Under the pieces are notes generated by a model, which was not told where the DNA came from, made no database searches, and saw only the letters and a program-made list of their open reading frames with translations. A stretch of DNA of 64,000 nt, from positions 124,001 to 188,000 of the IMG/VR virus record IMGVR_UViG_3300034073_005389; one strand, given 5' to 3'. Both the position numbers and the translations under genes were made by a program. Positions 11,501-20,105 of the stretch are shown here, piece by piece; positions within the stretch are counted from its first letter, which is position 1, and the number at the start of each line of letters is the position of its first letter.

Positions 11501-12269
11501 TAGATGCTGATAAAACTATTCTTAAATTTTTTTTTAAGTCTGTGCTTGCTTTAGGATAAATTTTTTCCCATAAATTTAAAGCAGATAATCTAGAACTAAA
11601 AAGTTGTTGTATCCAATCAGTTAAGCCAGCAGTTTTATAAAATTGTCCATGTTTTTGTATTTTATATTTGGTGTTACTGGTAACATTACCAAGATCTCTT
11701 TGTATGTTTTCTTTTAAATCTTTTAATTTTTTTCTTTCATCTTCAGAAAGATATTCTTCACCTTTAGCTTTAGCTAAATAATTTTTGATTCTCTCTTTCT
11801 GTTCATCGGTCAAATTCTCTGCTAAAGATTTAAAATATTCTTGATTTAAACTAATTGTTAATGAGTCTAAACTTTTTAATAATTGTGCACAGTATAATAC
11901 TTTTTGGTAAAATTGATCTAAATAAGAAATTGCTAACAAATACTCTTTGTTATTATAATTTTGTTGAGCTAAATCTAATACTTTTTTAATAGGTAAATCT
12001 CCAGCATATGGTGCTTGATCGCCCATTTTCTTTCCTAATAAAGTAGCTCTAATTCCGTTATCTACAGAACGCAAATTATTCATTATTAATTGAAATAAAT
12101 CGCTTTTTTTCTCTACTCTAGCTCCACCAAAATTAGCCCACTCTTTAAATGATTCGGTCCATCCCCAATCTTGAGCCAACTTGTTAAATTTATTTTGATT
12201 AGAAAATTGATATTTTTTTTGCATTTTGTCGTTTCCAAATAAAACTCTACTAAATACTGTTTTAACCAT
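8544..12269 (-). CDS. array paralogue 2 (1241 aa), putative internal head/ejection protein
   Basis: Same conserved termini; Ala/Gln/Pro linker; KOW/SH3-like segments; alternative start at 12224 (MQKKY). Confidence 0.85.
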   Translation of the reverse strand: MVKTVFSRVLFGNDKMQKKYQFSNQNKFNKLAQDWGWTESFKEWANFGGARVEKKSDLFQLIMNNLRSVDNGIRATLLGKKMGDQAPYAGDLPIKKVLDLAQQNYNNKEYLLAISYLDQFYQKVLYCAQLLKSLDSLTISLNQEYFKSLAENLTDEQKERIKNYLAKAKGEEYLSEDERKKLKDLKENIQRDLGNVTSNTKYKIQKHGQFYKTAGLTDWIQQLFSSRLSALNLWEKIYPKASTDLKKNLRIVLSASNRLLNVLQTNLNKMSQARIDRQVADYVKTSKNIVDQVNQYSSSIDRVNFSQYADQLQNILNNVVPPEQQKEVGNTTSAPSSQLSAQVKNNSNTSAPAPSPAQVAAAPATPAATVAVVQAVVAAQPQIQAAQQQLAAANPATPEIKEAAQQAAASLSNLQQSIEQVRQVGQAEANIPSIEIDLNDLNLSIKPEVKANLENLDRKTPEQLQAVLPDLQRVEEQLNQEQDQPKAREAAGFFNRLIKSIKNMGKAKVEQVQAAAASLINAAQDAQQKLDNIEELSKQQAGELSPVTVEVVAEASKALQDAVPPIPNKSWFARAVISLRDFIGIPANTGAKATIDGKEQEVKIQGIDRESNQISVITPDGKQLSLPPENIEIDEARIRFGKLANLAGITPDVSGVADLDQYIKDKNNFILNNLNKYDDIENPNLAIPIAELLAAIDRVKDIIAKDPEQSKKYSLQEYEKLYDKFFDKFIRNKFNKFKTPVPSQEPSDIPGAEGLESKFKVGDILSISVAELFDFNTKEGFSAINNYVLQLYLEKKGYKKVTEDDLSTEKLSHFTLSDKNIVTIKIESIDEQNKKAFVIINDLKSVLGPKFDSPKIEISFNKLNQFATLSSGEVGVSIPDESSGVPSVVQQSPAQKLYNIIKEKLKTNKINVKIPTEYFFENLTTGMSPSLQNILELKDVKDVKNIKEQVKREVKENIVNNPDYLQAELYSLSSSNDKYDFIIFYQDKTYGPLYGLFENFTERAFPNVIRSMMPEIYQEFESSQGGSESIPDGSQSVQSTIAVAPSVEPEEDLTPLQKAYKFFNLEPTAHLWEIQTIVKELMMRSNNKDYQQKIIDNYRVIADSISSEIKFSVNDKISISKNIFINNLKPQHKSLPEILNNINDPITVTIKEKQNIDNIVYYLVEADIADPTSDTPTTLTALIPEQDLKNAKKASFVYILEKLSYESPIIVASFIRKYANLINKKNKKISYKLKKIASMMV

Positions 12270-12271
12270 AG

Positions 12272-12301
12272 AAAACCAAAAACCCCTTTACAGAGGCTTT
12301 T
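12272..12301 (-). terminator. intrinsic terminator-like hairpin with GNRA loop
   Basis: Minus strand AAAAGCCTCT-GTAA-AGGGGTTTTT followed by GGTTTT, lying between paralogues 1 and 2. Confidence 0.55.
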
Positions 12302-12321
12302 GTTTTTATTTAAGTATTTTT

Positions 12322-15300
12322 TTATTTATTTAATAGTCTTAATCTTCTTAAAAAAGATTGAACAATTATAGGGGATTCTTTATTTTTAATTTGATTAAAT
12401 GCTTTCTTATAGTCTAACTCATCCTCATCTTCTTCTTCAAATTCTTCTTCCTCTTCCCCCAATCCTAATTCTTGTAAAAATTCTCTTTCTAAATCTTCAT
12501 CAGGACCTTCCCCTTCTCCTTCTCCTTGATCTTCTTCCCTTTCTTCTCCCGCAACCTCTTCTTTTTCTACCTCTTCTTCACTTACTTGTTTTCTTATATT
12601 TTTTTTATTTTCTTCAACTATATTTTTTAAAATATTATCTAAATATTCAGCTTTTTCGCTTTCTGATTTATTTTCTATGTCAGTTTGAATTTTTTCAAAT
12701 TTATTTGGAATCAACATGTTTAATAAATTTAATTTTTCATCAATAGTCATTTTTTTAGCAGGAGTTCTAGTTTCAACAATTGGGGAAGGCTTAATAGAAA
12801 CTGCAGGCTCATATCTATAGTCTTTATTACTTAAATAGTTTTCTAAAGTTGTTAAATTTCCTGATATTTGTTTAGTCACTAGACGGCTTTTGATAACTTC
12901 ATCCTCACCTTTTTCTTTATATTTTGCAGTCTCTTCTAATGATAACTCAAAATTTAAACTATTTTTATCTTTATTAAAAGTTAAAATTTTTATTTTTTTT
13001 GGTTGAGTTTGCATCGTTCCTAAAATTTTAAGCTTAGGAATATTTATTTTTTTTGTTTCAATTGGAGCATCTTCAAAAGAAAAAGTATCTCCTGCTTTAA
13101 TATTTTTTAATATTTCTTTTAATTGAGACTGGTTTGTAACCCCTTGCACTGATTCTACTGCTGGAGGAACTTTTTGTTCTGCAGGAGGAGAATCCTCCTC
13201 TGGAGAAAGAGGCGCTTCCTCATCTCTTTCTGTAAGTGTAGGCGGAGATGATGTAAATATTACTTTTTGTATTTTATTATTTTCTAAATCATTTGCATTA
13301 ACTGTAATAGTATGTGTACGATTACCATCAGTAAATGAAACTCTGGCAAATTGCTCATTTTCGTTTTCAATTAAAGTAGTATTTAAAATAAATCCAAAAT
13401 ATTCATCATTCTCAACAGGAGTATACTTAATAGCATCATCATTTTTAATTTCATTTAAATTACTATATTTTGTTAAAGTAAATTTGCTTGAATCAAAAAA
13501 TATAGCAAATCTATCAAGATTTTTTACTGCTTTTGCTGGTGACTGCCCACCTACTTCTGCTGGCGACTCCCCTGCTAGTGGTGGTTGCTCGCCTCCTGCT
13601 ACTGGTGGTTTTGCTGCTGGTTCAATCACTTTAACCAAATAATATTGTTTGGGATTAATTGTAAATATCGGGTCTATATTATCAAATCTTACTTCAATGC
13701 TTCCAGGATTATTATACTCTGCTCTATTTACATTAGTAACTGTTCCAGTTAAAATATTATTATTATTATTTTGCGCCTGTGCCAAAGAAACAAGCCTGTA
13801 TAATTCCATGTATGCTGTAGCAGTTTTAATAACTCCACTAGTATTATCAAATGTAATTCTATCTCCTACGTTATAATCTTTAGTATAAATATATTTTGGT
13901 AAAGCTGTTTTTTGATCGAGTAACTCTAAATGCTGTATAAAAATACTAAAGTTTCTACGACCAATTAAATATTTATGTTTATTTTCTAATGCACTATCAG
14001 AAACATTACAAACATATCTTAAAAATGGAAAATCTACTTGAACTTCTACTGCTGATATAATATTTGTAACTTTTCCTATTAATTGGGATGCAATTACATT
14101 ATCGTCAAAATCTTGTTGTCTAATAAAATTAAGAAAATCTTGAGAAATTCCAGCAACTTTACCCTGTACTATTGTGTCTGGCATAAAGCTAGAAATGTCT
14201 TTTTTAGTAGAGGCGGCTGATGGAGCAGGCTGTTTCTGAGGAGGAGTAGCAGTTTTAGGCGTAGCTCTAATTTTTGATGTTAAATCGTTCTCATAAATCA
14301 CTACCTCATAGCCAGGTCCGCTTGGATGGTTTTCAAAATTAAAATAATAACGATTGGAAATCGTATCGCCCTCTTGTGCTGTGTCTACTTTAACCAAAGT
14401 TCCATTACCCCAATCTGGTTCTTCAATATATTCAATACTGGCATTTTTAAGCCGCTTTTCAATCTTATTTTCAGTCGTACCACCAGGAGCACCAGCACCA
14501 GCACCAGCACCAGCACCAGCACCAGCACCAGCACCAGAAGCACCAGCACCAGAAGCACCAGCACCAGCAGGAGCAGCAGGAGTATTTGTTGAAAACAAAT
14601 TTTGTTGAATCAAATTGTCTTTAGAAGCAGATTCAGGGGATACTTCATCATAACCGTCAGCATTTTTATAATGTAAAAATACATTATTGTTATTGTTTTT
14701 ATCTTCAGAGAATTTAACGGTCTTGTTAATATTGATTTTGCTTGTATCTATGCCAAACATAGGACCTATAGTTCTTAACGCCAGTGGATTTATTACATGC
14801 TCTAAATTAATATTTAAATCTGTTACAGATTGCTTATACTCAATCGCATCTATTAAGTCTTTTAATTTATCTTTTGAAATTAATACGGGGGGGGTGGATC
14901 TTTCTTGAGTAGCTATATATCTATTGTTGTTTCGATCAAACACAATAGCAATAGGTCCTGGTTTTAAACCTTTTAAAATGCTTTTAACACCTCTACCAAC
15001 TGCTTTGGCAGAATACCCGTACATTACATTGTTTGATAATGCACTTGTAATTTCATCAATTTTTTTCTGAGCTTTTATCTGCTCATCTTCTGCAGTTATA
15101 TTTTTAATTATCTGTTTAGTAAAGATATTTGCCTTGGTGTTTCTAGGTAGTAAGAGTGCTTCCCAATCTCCTCTAGTTTTATCTGCTATCTCTTTTTTTA
15201 AAATATATCTATATGGTCTATTATCAGGACCAGTTATCTCAACAACATCTTCCTTTTTAAAAGTCTTTCGTAATTCTGCTGTTATTCTGCCACCTTTAAC

Positions 15301-16902
15301 AACAGTCTTTGTCTCTGGCTCTAGTTCCGCAGGTGCTGCTGCCGCTGCCGGTTCTGCTGCCGCTGGTGCTGCCGCTGCTCCTGCTGCTGCTTCCGGTTCT
15401 GCTGCTTCCAGTGGAGGTGAGGGCTTCGCAGCCGCCGCAGCTTGATTATTTGTATTTTTAACTTGAGTAATTGCATCATCACTTGCCGGAGCAACAACAT
15501 TTTTATTTGTATTTTGACTAGCTAATTTATTTGTAAAAAATGTTTTTAATTCTGCTAAACTTGTACTATATATTGGTCTGTTTGTATCAGATTCTGGCAA
15601 ATTACTAATTTTACTTGCTAAAGAATCTAATAAAGAAATAATGTTAGTAACTTCTTCTTGAGTATAATTACCTTCTTTATTAATTAAATCTTTAGCTTCA
15701 TTTAAACTCTGTTGAATATCAGTAATATTTTGTGGAGTAACAGGTGCTTGACTTAATTGCTGCCGGACTACAGTAGCACGAGCCAACTCACTATCACTAG
15801 CACGAGCTTGAGTTACTGGGACAGTTACATTTTTACCCTCTACCTCTACTACTACCTCACCAACATTTGGTCCAGGAGCAACCACCATTCCAGTAGCAGC
15901 TTGACCATTTACAGGTAAAACAACTGTATTCCCAGGACTAACGTCAACAGGCAATTGACTTTGTAAAGCTGTTGCAGTAGCAGAGTTAGTATTTACTTTA
16001 GGAGCAGCTGGTCTAGATGCATCATCTGCATTTTCAACCGCAGCACCTAAAGAAGCAGCACTAGGAGCCGTAGCTTGCTCTTTAGCTTCTTGCATTACCG
16101 TTTCAGGAATTTTAGTTCCTAGTACTTCTAAGATCTGACTCTTATATGTATTTAAATTTAAACTATTTAGTTTACCACTGTAAACTTGAATTGCATTTAC
16201 CGTGGCATCAGCAAGTAATACATAATTAGTTATGTGCCTTTCTGAACGATATCTAGACATCCTTACTAAATTATTTTTAATAGTATTTAAAATATTATTG
16301 GTAATAGAATATGCTTGTGTTAATACTGCGCGTAACTCTTTGGCAGCAGCTGGATTAATACTAGACCATAACTCTAACGCCGATTTGCGATCATTAAAAA
16401 ATCCACTATTGAAAATATGTGAAATAAAATCAAAAAATGCCGCAGTCTTTACAAAATTATGATCACTAGCTGTAGCTTTCTTGCTATTTAAATAATTACT
16501 AACTTGCTCCGCTTGCTCTGGTGTAATGTTTCCAGCCAAAAATTGTAAATATGCCTTGTTTAAAACAGTTAAATCTTGTTCAATTTTTTTAAATGTTTGA
16601 CATGTATATGCAATCTTAGAATATAATTGATCTAAATCTGATATTACTTGCAAATATTCTAAATTGTCTAAATTCTTTTTAGCACTTCTAAGTAACTCGT
16701 CTGCTGATACGTCGCCACCAAAAGGCATCGCCACGCCAACCGTCTTGCCAAGCAAAGTTGCTCGCACCTCATTATCGTGCTCTCGCAACCTGTCCATCAT
16801 ATCCCTAAAAATATCTACTTCGTTCTCAATCTTGCGAGCCCCAAAATTAGTCCATTCACGAAATAAGTCAGATAAAGATCTTTTTTGTGCAACTTTGTAC
16901 AT
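12322..16902 (-). CDS. array paralogue 1 (about 1526 aa), putative internal head/ejection protein
   Basis: Most divergent N-terminal module; shortened C-terminal ESPIIVQSF module; acidic tail. Start moved from 16914 (TTG) to 16902 (GAGG RBS, MYKVAQ). Confidence 0.85.
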   Translation of the reverse strand: MYKVAQKRSLSDLFREWTNFGARKIENEVDIFRDMMDRLREHDNEVRATLLGKTVGVAMPFGGDVSADELLRSAKKNLDNLEYLQVISDLDQLYSKIAYTCQTFKKIEQDLTVLNKAYLQFLAGNITPEQAEQVSNYLNSKKATASDHNFVKTAAFFDFISHIFNSGFFNDRKSALELWSSINPAAAKELRAVLTQAYSITNNILNTIKNNLVRMSRYRSERHITNYVLLADATVNAIQVYSGKLNSLNLNTYKSQILEVLGTKIPETVMQEAKEQATAPSAASLGAAVENADDASRPAAPKVNTNSATATALQSQLPVDVSPGNTVVLPVNGQAATGMVVAPGPNVGEVVVEVEGKNVTVPVTQARASDSELARATVVRQQLSQAPVTPQNITDIQQSLNEAKDLINKEGNYTQEEVTNIISLLDSLASKISNLPESDTNRPIYSTSLAELKTFFTNKLASQNTNKNVVAPASDDAITQVKNTNNQAAAAAKPSPPLEAAEPEAAAGAAAAPAAAEPAAAAAPAELEPETKTVVKGGRITAELRKTFKKEDVVEITGPDNRPYRYILKKEIADKTRGDWEALLLPRNTKANIFTKQIIKNITAEDEQIKAQKKIDEITSALSNNVMYGYSAKAVGRGVKSILKGLKPGPIAIVFDRNNNRYIATQERSTPPVLISKDKLKDLIDAIEYKQSVTDLNINLEHVINPLALRTIGPMFGIDTSKININKTVKFSEDKNNNNNVFLHYKNADGYDEVSPESASKDNLIQQNLFSTNTPAAPAGAGASGAGASGAGAGAGAGAGAGAGAPGGTTENKIEKRLKNASIEYIEEPDWGNGTLVKVDTAQEGDTISNRYYFNFENHPSGPGYEVVIYENDLTSKIRATPKTATPPQKQPAPSAASTKKDISSFMPDTIVQGKVAGISQDFLNFIRQQDFDDNVIASQLIGKVTNIISAVEVQVDFPFLRYVCNVSDSALENKHKYLIGRRNFSIFIQHLELLDQKTALPKYIYTKDYNVGDRITFDNTSGVIKTATAYMELYRLVSLAQAQNNNNNILTGTVTNVNRAEYNNPGSIEVRFDNIDPIFTINPKQYYLVKVIEPAAKPPVAGGEQPPLAGESPAEVGGQSPAKAVKNLDRFAIFFDSSKFTLTKYSNLNEIKNDDAIKYTPVENDEYFGFILNTTLIENENEQFARVSFTDGNRTHTITVNANDLENNKIQKVIFTSSPPTLTERDEEAPLSPEEDSPPAEQKVPPAVESVQGVTNQSQLKEILKNIKAGDTFSFEDAPIETKKINIPKLKILGTMQTQPKKIKILTFNKDKNSLNFELSLEETAKYKEKGEDEVIKSRLVTKQISGNLTTLENYLSNKDYRYEPAVSIKPSPIVETRTPAKKMTIDEKLNLLNMLIPNKFEKIQTDIENKSESEKAEYLDNILKNIVEENKKNIRKQVSEEEVEKEEVAGEEREEDQGEGEGEGPDEDLEREFLQELGLGEEEEEFEEEDEDELDYKKAFNQIKNKESPIIVQSFLRRLRLLNK
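14489..14566. repeat. coding tandem repeat (GCACCA)x8 plus two GAAGCACCAGCACCA units, encoding a Gly-Ala linker
   Basis: Read directly from the sequence; the 8 perfect copies span 14489-14536. Confidence 0.9.
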
Positions 16903-16962
16903 TTTTAACCTCAAAAATATAAACTATTTATATGTTAAACTAATAGTATCTTTTTTATTTTT

Positions 16963-19900
16963 TTATGGAGGAGGTGGCGCTTCTCCAGGTGGTGCCCCTA
17001 AATCTGGCGGAGGTCCTCCAGGTGGCGCCTCTCCAGGTAATGGTGCCCCTCCACCTGCACCCTCTTCCACCGGCTCTGGAATCTCGTCTTCCTCATCCAA
17101 TGCACGCAATGTATTCAAATCCAATGCCGCCAATGCCGTCTTTTCTTTCTTGGAAATCTCTGATTGAATTGCTTCCTTGCGCATCTTGCGTACCTCATCG
17201 TCAAACTCTAATCCCAAAGAATGATACAATGTATGCAATGATGCCCGCTTCTGATCTCCCTCGCCCTGTGTCAAAGTACTTAATATGTTAATATAATCCC
17301 CTGTGTCAAACAAAGACATGTGATTCCATGTTATCTCAGGTACTATTAACTGCTTCTCTCCACCCGAATAATCATAAAAACCCTGAATCTTAGATATAGG
17401 TGCAAAAATCTTTCTCTTCAACCAACTAGATAACATGTTCCTAAATTGCATGTACCTTTGACGTAATACATCCAATGCCACACCACCGTTGGCATATGTA
17501 GTGTCAGCTCCACCATCCATTATCACAGATGGTGCCTGTAACCCCGTATAAATCTCTTTGATCAATTGTGTTATGTCCCCAGAAATATCATAAATTCCTG
17601 CCCCATAACCCACTCTCTCTACCGTCACTCCCTCGTGCGTAAATACTTTAAAGTCCTTGTCGTATTGCGCTTCTTCAAAAATATTGCGCCACGCTTCTAA
17701 ATCAGCAAAAGTAGGCTTGAACTCCGCTGAACCTATCTTGACTAGGGTCAATGGATTTATCATATTGTCCGCTTGAGCGTATTTAGAATTGCCTTGAATC
17801 GTAATTTTCCCATTGCGTCGGGTCACAAACAATCCAGTTGGTACCTCAAAACACCAAACTACACCATTATAGTCTTTTTCTATAATTCTGGCCCCGCCAC
17901 CATTGTTATTTTTCTTTGGTAAAGAACTAACGTTTGGCTCAACTCCATAATTTGTATCTGACCACATAACAATATATTCTGTGACAATTCTTTTATCAGA
18001 TTTTGCAGCCGTACTAACACAAATATTTGGCACATAACCTAACTTATAAACAAGCTCATATACATCGTCAGCTAATTGCTTAGAAACAGTAGAGTATCTA
18101 TAATTTTTAGATCCAGTACCGTATTTACTAAATCCTTCAGTACCATCACCTTTTACTAATGCTTCTAATAAAATAGACATTAATTCTGGTTTTAGTTCAA
18201 GTGTCCATCTAGGTAATTTTTTAAAGTGAGAAGATACTTGGTTATTTGTCCCTAACTCATTTGAAAAATGAGCAACAATATCTTTTCCATGAATTGATAC
18301 GCTCCAAATTTCTTTAGGAGTCAAAGCAGAGTATCCTGTTCCTGCGGTTTTAATAAAATGATTTGCTTTTTTACCCATAAAAGTTGCAAATTTAGAAAAT
18401 GCATCTTTCATATCTTGATAACAATCGCTAGAAGTTAATTGATTAACAGAAATAATTGCATCATATCTTCCGTTTTCAAAATTAGAATAAATACATCCTT
18501 CAGATGCCAAATAACCTAATACTTTTAAATATAAGTCTGTAGGAATATTATGCCCACAAACATTAATTGATTCAGGATCATTAGTTAAATTAAAATTAGC
18601 TTTAGAGCTTAATTTGTAACCCTTCTTTTTACTTAAAAGAGAGGATGCTGTTCTTTTCTGAAAATTACCCCATTTTCCATTAGTGCTTTCTTTTACCCAC
18701 ATCTTGTGGTTAGGTGTAACTAAACAGTCTACTTTTTTACCAGTAAAATGAAGCATCTTGCCTTCGTAATGCGACATGTGCATCTCAATTGGCGCGTGAT
18801 ACTCTACCTGATTGTTTTGCGGATTCACACATGCCACTTTGAACCCCTCTTTCATTGACAGTATTTTAATACTGTCTGGGCTCAAGTTTTTACTGTCTTG
18901 GTTCATATTTTTACTGTCTAGGTTCAATAAAACGCCATTAACAAAATTTGAATTAACGTTAATATCTGAGGTAAAATGCAGTAAATCAGTGATTTTCTTG
19001 AATCCTTTGTCGGTTAGAACCTCTGTGTCTTCATCGTAACACTCCCTTAATTTATCAAATAACATAAGCTGCCTGAACACACACACAGGCAGACCGGTTC
19101 CTCTAATTTCGTATGGGCTAATTTTTCTGGCCAAGTGGGAGATATTATAATTTTCCAGCGGGATATTATCTCCACGTTTCACGGAGTCGATGATATGTTG
19201 ATTTAGTTGTTTTTTCTGTTCGATATCGGCGGGTTTATTGGAGAAGATAATTTTCTTTAAATTTTCATCAGGGCGGAGCATGATGAGGGGTTCATCAGCG
19301 ATGACGGTGCGTTTGACGACCATGTAGTCTGGGTTTTGGATTAGTAATCGATCCCATTTACCTTTAGTTTCATTTAATTCTGCGTAGATGAAGGATTCAC
19401 CTAGTAGCCAATATTCTTGGGCTATTTGAACGCAGATATTCATTAGATTAAGTTCTTCGATCATATCGTTGAAGAACTTTTCAATTTCTTTGTTAGGGCA
19501 TTTGATGTTCATTTTGCTGATGGGGTAAGTACTATGTAGATTGATAGCATTATGAACAAAAGGATTTAAAGCATAAAAGCTTCTGCACCAAGCATTAATA
19601 GTGGCACGGTCTCTTGGAAGATTAAGATTGCTATTAAGCCATAGAGGAGAATAGACTTCAGGAGTTTGTTTAACAGAGTCTCCATTACCTCCACGGAAGC
19701 CTCCACCTGTACCAACGACTTGACCTACTTTTTTAAAACCGATAGAAGAGACTACGTTTGAATTTTGGGTAGGAGTATAATTTTTAGATGGGGTAGCGGA
19801 TCCATCACGAAAGAATCCTTGTTCTACTTCATTGGCGAGATTATCTCTTCTAGATTGAGAGACACTTTGAGCCATGAGGGCACTGACTTGAGGGACTTGA

Positions 19901-19971
19901 GATTTATTTTGTAGATATTGTTCAGAATTTGATGGACCTGTCCAAATCTTACCATTTTTTGAAATTGACAT
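16963..19971 (-). CDS. portal protein containing an intein (1002-aa precursor, about 584 aa spliced)
   Basis: Next to terminase; NPFVHNAINLHSTYP and YEIRGTGLP segments, GGVALDVL, and an acidic/Pro-rich tail fit a portal; interrupted by a clear intein. Confidence 0.75.
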   Translation of the reverse strand: MSISKNGKIWTGPSNSEQYLQNKSQVPQVSALMAQSVSQSRRDNLANEVEQGFFRDGSATPSKNYTPTQNSNVVSSIGFKKVGQVVGTGGGFRGGNGDSVKQTPEVYSPLWLNSNLNLPRDRATINAWCRSFYALNPFVHNAINLHSTYPISKMNIKCPNKEIEKFFNDMIEELNLMNICVQIAQEYWLLGESFIYAELNETKGKWDRLLIQNPDYMVVKRTVIADEPLIMLRPDENLKKIIFSNKPADIEQKKQLNQHIIDSVKRGDNIPLENYNISHLARKISPYEIRGTGLPVCVFRQLMLFDKLRECYDEDTEVLTDKGFKKITDLLHFTSDINVNSNFVNGVLLNLDSKNMNQDSKNLSPDSIKILSMKEGFKVACVNPQNNQVEYHAPIEMHMSHYEGKMLHFTGKKVDCLVTPNHKMWVKESTNGKWGNFQKRTASSLLSKKKGYKLSSKANFNLTNDPESINVCGHNIPTDLYLKVLGYLASEGCIYSNFENGRYDAIISVNQLTSSDCYQDMKDAFSKFATFMGKKANHFIKTAGTGYSALTPKEIWSVSIHGKDIVAHFSNELGTNNQVSSHFKKLPRWTLELKPELMSILLEALVKGDGTEGFSKYGTGSKNYRYSTVSKQLADDVYELVYKLGYVPNICVSTAAKSDKRIVTEYIVMWSDTNYGVEPNVSSLPKKNNNGGGARIIEKDYNGVVWCFEVPTGLFVTRRNGKITIQGNSKYAQADNMINPLTLVKIGSAEFKPTFADLEAWRNIFEEAQYDKDFKVFTHEGVTVERVGYGAGIYDISGDITQLIKEIYTGLQAPSVIMDGGADTTYANGGVALDVLRQRYMQFRNMLSSWLKRKIFAPISKIQGFYDYSGGEKQLIVPEITWNHMSLFDTGDYINILSTLTQGEGDQKRASLHTLYHSLGLEFDDEVRKMRKEAIQSEISKKEKTALAALDLNTLRALDEEDEIPEPVEEGAGGGAPLPGEAPPGGPPPDLGAPPGEAPPPP
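17788..19041 (-). mobile_element. intein with LAGLIDADG homing endonuclease (418 aa)
   Basis: Block A CYDEDTEVLTDKG, block B TPNH, endonuclease blocks VLGYLASEG and LLEALVKGDG, block F/G VWCFEVPTGLFVTRRNGKITIQGN, then Ser+1. Confidence 0.93.
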
Positions 19972-20105
19972 GAGACCTCGATTAATAGACTTATACTTTA
20001 TATATACATGATAAATAATATATCAATTTTAAAATTATTAGTTGTTAAATATAATTTAATTATGTTGGTATTTCAATAATATAGTATTTTAAAATAGGAG
20101 ATAAA

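Noticed and set aside
14489-14566. CRISPR-like repeat array
   Set aside because: 6-bp contiguous repeats with no spacers, inside a CDS; no cas genes recognised
14326-14608. Plus-strand ORFs with TSTSTS or PAPAPA repeats
   Set aside because: Antisense shadows of the (GCACCA)n Gly-Ala linker in paralogue 1
3711-16902. Diversity-generating retroelement acting on the paralogues
   Set aside because: No reverse transcriptase and no near-identical template/variable repeat pair differing at adenines was seen; the C-terminal modules are conserved rather than hypervariable
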